DNA of 54,333 bases from Conidiobolus incongruus B7586. Taxonomy: Eukaryota. Below the pieces are notes generated by a model. The model was not told where the DNA came from. It saw only the letters and a list, made by a program, of their open reading frames with translations, and ran no database searches. Shown here piece by piece: positions 48,241 to 54,333 of the stretch; the stretch's first letter is position 1; each line of letters begins with the position of its first letter. The position numbers were made by a program, and so were the translations under genes. The stretch spans positions 1 to 54,333 of the forward strand of contig JNEM01012084.1 of assembly GCA_000697335.1 (NCBI GenBank). Direction: 5' to 3'.

Positions 48241-49056
48241 TTAAGACTTATGGATATGTCGGATAAGTTTATATACAATGACACTTCCGATACCGATGTA
48301 AAGCACCCAATATGAACTGCACTTTGGCTGGTTTAGCTCTAGAGGTTTGCTAGTTGGAGTAGCTCTGTTACTGCTACTGGATTGAACTGGATCTTGCACT
48401 CTCAAACTTGAATCATCCAAACTCAAATCCGGTAACGAAACATTATCTAAATCATCAGCTTCTGAGCACAAATCGAACACAGACGATGACCCATCGTCAT
48501 TCTCGAACTCTATAAAATCGTCTCTATGATTCAACTCCAACATCATACTATCATTCATCAGAGGATAATACTTCTGCAAAAAACTCAATTTCCGCTTCAA
48601 ATTATAATTAATCTCATTAAAATTAATCTTAACTTCGGGCGTTTTACACAACTGGTCCAAAGGCAACTTATCAGGAAAATGTTTGAAAATGAGTTGAAGT
48701 GCGTCCATTAGTGCCGAAGTCCACAAATTATTAAATCCCAGCATAGCTAGTCCCTCATCGTTCAAACTAAGTAATTTATCACCTGTCAAGTTGGCCTGAA
48801 TACAAAATGAAGTGATATCACTCTCCATAAATTTTGGGAGTCGCCAAATGCTAACCAAAAATTTACTCACCTGATTTGGCGACCATGTGACAATTGTATT
48901 TCTCGTCTGAGATAATACTTTGTCTAGAAGGGGTATGTCCACGACGATACTGTGGCTAGTTTCGGATTTTAAGCTGGAATATAGGGTTGGAGAAAAGTTG
49001 GGAGTAAGTTGTAAATTTTCAAATGAAGGACTCTCATGTAATTGATTAGCAATCAT
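48241..49056 (-). CDS. SAM-domain protein with acidic linker and C-terminal tail anchor, 271 aa, intronless
   Basis: IVTWSPNQVSKFL...FCIQANLTGDKLLSLNDEGLAMLGF fits the SAM pattern W+..+V..WL.......F.....+G..LL.L....L..LG; single C-terminal TM YWVLYIGIGSVIVY followed by KLIRHIHKS. Confidence 0.75.
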   Translation of the reverse strand: MIANQLHESPSFENLQLTPNFSPTLYSSLKSETSHSIVVDIPLLDKVLSQTRNTIVTWSPNQVSKFLVSIWRLPKFMESDITSFCIQANLTGDKLLSLNDEGLAMLGFNNLWTSALMDALQLIFKHFPDKLPLDQLCKTPEVKINFNEINYNLKRKLSFLQKYYPLMNDSMMLELNHRDDFIEFENDDGSSSVFDLCSEADDLDNVSLPDLSLDDSSLRVQDPVQSSSSNRATPTSKPLELNQPKCSSYWVLYIGIGSVIVYKLIRHIHKS

Positions 49057-50322
49057 TAATTTTTTCGATTCAATATGCTATTATTATGTACAATTTTTTA
49101 ATTATTAAAAACTGAATTTTGTTTTTAACTATTATGATTTAAATATAAGAAAGAGTAAAAGTACGATAAAATTTAAAGGATAGTCAACTAATATGTGATT
49201 TTATGTTGAATTAGGTAATTGAACTTAAATTGAGGATTGATGTACTTTAAATTATCCAATCACGATCCATTCTCCCAAATTTACCTTCTGATCAAATATG
49301 AAACATGCAAAAATTTACTAAAACTAAGAGTAACAGATTGAATTTTTTATATAGGAAATATTAAATAACTGTATGTGTTTTCTGTTTATTTTTTGAACAA
49401 TCTAATAACTAGTAGTGGCTTTATTATAAACGATTTCCTTTAAAAAACTTAACAAGCCTCTATTCTCTATTCAATTTTATAATGAATAGATTTTTAAGTT
49501 ACACCAATAAGTTAAATTAATGAAATTTAACTTCATTTAATACAACAAGATGCTATTATATTTATCCAATTTATTATAAAGATGATTTAATATATTATAT
49601 TTATAAATATTATTATGTTGTGAAAAATTAAGTTTAATTGTTGAAATTATATAATTCATTATAAATTTTTATTTTTATTTAATTAATGAAATCATAATTA
49701 TTAAATATTTGTAAATTGAGAATTTGCAAATTAAGTCATAATCAAACTGTATTAATTATATCATTTTCATAGCATTAAGGAAATAAGAACTAGAAAGCTA
49801 TAAATATTAATATTGATTCATGCTTCTGATTTGGTTATTATTTATTTGAAATATAATATTAATAAAATTTTAAAATATTTTTCAATATTAATTTTCAAAA
49901 TCAAACCATAATGTTAAATCCATTTAACAGAATCATTTAATACAATTCAATCCCTGTAATTTTTCGTCTAAATTAATATCTTTAAATCTCAAATTATTAT
50001 AAATTAGGGTAAATAAAGATAACTATTTAAATTGTAAATTAATTTAAATTATAAACCTGTAAAAACACAATAGAATAATATTTAAATAAAATAAAAAATA
50101 TTTTTTCTATACAGATATCTTAATACAAATACAAATTCTATAACGCAAATTAATTTAATAAACTAATAATTAAACTTTAATAAATAATTATTATATTAAT
50201 ATACATTTTCAATTTAGTCAATTTTAATAATATTTTGATATATACAATTATTTGGTAAATAGATTTGATTTTTTTTAACCTTAAGTTATTAATTTTATAT
50301 TTTATATTTATTTGCTTTAGTT

Positions 50323-52545
<2,223 letters not shown>

Positions 52546-54333
52546 TCCTATTATTTTAGATCATTTAAATTAAAATATTAAATAACATTAAATTGTAAGA
52601 TTATCATGGAATGCATTCCATTAATACTTTTTAATTATTACTATGATAGTATTGATTCAATGATTAACTGAATATCAATACTAATAAACAACAAAAAACG
52701 AGACTTAATTGAAATTAAATTAAAACATATATACCATCATACTATAATAATCTAAAATTATTACCATATTGCAATTCTTTTTAATTTATATTTATAACTG
52801 GTACATTTTATTAAACAGTAAAATCTAGTAGTTATTTAAATATTGTTCAAATCTAAAATACAAAAACTTGAAATTTTATAAATTTCTTAATTATGATTAT
52901 TCATAACTATAATTTTAATTTTATATTAAATATATTTATTATATTTATTATATTAAAACTTAAAATTAGGGATATTTAAATAATTTTATTATTTTATCAA
53001 GATAAAATATATTGGTATTTTTGGTTTCATTGTAATAAAAATCTATAAAATATATATTTTTGTACATTTGATATGAGATTAAACAATAATGTAAGAATTA
53101 TAAGATAGCTAAGATTTTCTAATACATATATATGAAAACAATAAAGTTCTTTATAATTCATTATTCAGGTATATTGTTTAATTTAAATATTATTGCCTTA
53201 AATTTAAAATAAAGGGAAATTTTTTAATTTTTGATTTTTCAAATATATTATTAATTTTAAATAAACAAATATATATAAAATAAATAAGAAATTATATATA
53301 TATATTATAATTTCTTTTATTTAAAAATTAACTTTTTAAAATTGATTATTTAATTTAATTATATTTAAACTGAATAATAATTATCACAAATTTTTTATTT
53401 TAATATTAATAAAATTTAATTATAAACCCATTAAAATTATTTAAAATTTATAAGTAGCTTTTAATAATAAAGTATTATTTAAATCAATTATTTATTGTTA
53501 AGTAAACTATAAGGTTAAAAGAAAAATTATTTAAAACTTATTAAAATTTAAAAATTATTACTTTGTAATTTAAATAATAGGAATTTTTTGTGATTGGAAA
53601 AAAATAAACATTTTAATATATAAAAAGTAAAAATAAATATATATTATAAAATTATTAATTTTATTAATTTCTAATAATTTTTTGCTATACTTTTAACAAA
53701 AATCTAACATTTAAAAAACAATTTTTTTATTAAAGACTAAAATTTGATATTTTATAAACTAATTAAATTTTCCTACAAGCTAGTTTTTTAATTGCCTAAA
53801 ATAATTATAATCACATAGGTTATAATCTAAGGAATATATTAGATATAGTAGTTTTTTCTAGTTATTTTTAATTAAAAAGTTTTTTATAATTTTAGATTTA
53901 TGTATTTTGTAATTATTATGCAAAATAATAAGTCTTTTTAAATTATATTAAGAATATCAATTAAAAATAGTTTTATTTAAAAAAGAAATATAAAGTTTAT
54001 TATTAATTGATTTTCCTTTAAAAATTAAATAAGAATAGCATATGCTATTATAATTTATTATAACAATTAACATTCACTTATCAACAAAGTATTTATTTAA
54101 AGGAATTTATTGAGAGGGTTAATTTAACTTAATCTAACACTTTGATTTATGTTTTAATAAAGGATTATACAAAAGAATTTAAGATTCATCAACTATAATA
54201 ATTTATTGTAAAAACTTTAATTTCTAGTTATACCTTAGTAAGTTTTGTTTAACAATAGCTACTCTAGCTTTTTTTTAAGCTTTAGTTAAATTATAAAGTA
54301 TTTATTTTATATTTTTATTAATTAATTTTAATT

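Overview
Very AT-rich eukaryotic (fungal) DNA with compact genes split by short GT-AG introns, mostly about 47-60 nt with CTAAY-type branch points. Gene content, base composition and intron style suggest an early-diverging fungus, plausibly Entomophthoromycotina/Conidiobolus-like; this is inference, not a search result. Spliced models built by hand: secreted His-brace LPMO-like protein, Nop15/NIFK RRM protein, PKA catalytic subunit, Bax-inhibitor-1 family protein, ARL6IP4/SR-25-like protein (apparent 1-nt frameshift), Mgr2/Romo1, Aim18/Aim46-like chalcone-isomerase-fold protein, SRP receptor beta, an orphan SIM/SP-rich protein, eIF3h, cyclin K/Ctk2-like cyclin, a Pro/Gln-rich GPI-type surface protein, a bacterial-type NhaC-family transporter with an added N-terminal extension, Rad3/XPD, a tail-anchored SAM protein and Pfs2/WDR33. 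There are three tRNA genes: two identical, inverted tRNA-Pro(TGG) and one tRNA-Leu(AAG). The long spacers hold decayed coding debris (LINE RT/endonuclease relics, possible F-box/LRR relics). Best leads: (1) the LPMO-like protein, which I cannot place in a named AA family; (2) an orientation-fixed promoter motif ATCCCATAA about 90-180 bp upstream of five housekeeping genes, twice as an identical 16-mer resembling the metazoan ZNF143/SBS element; (3) the eukaryotised NhaC transporter with substitutions in family-conserved motifs.
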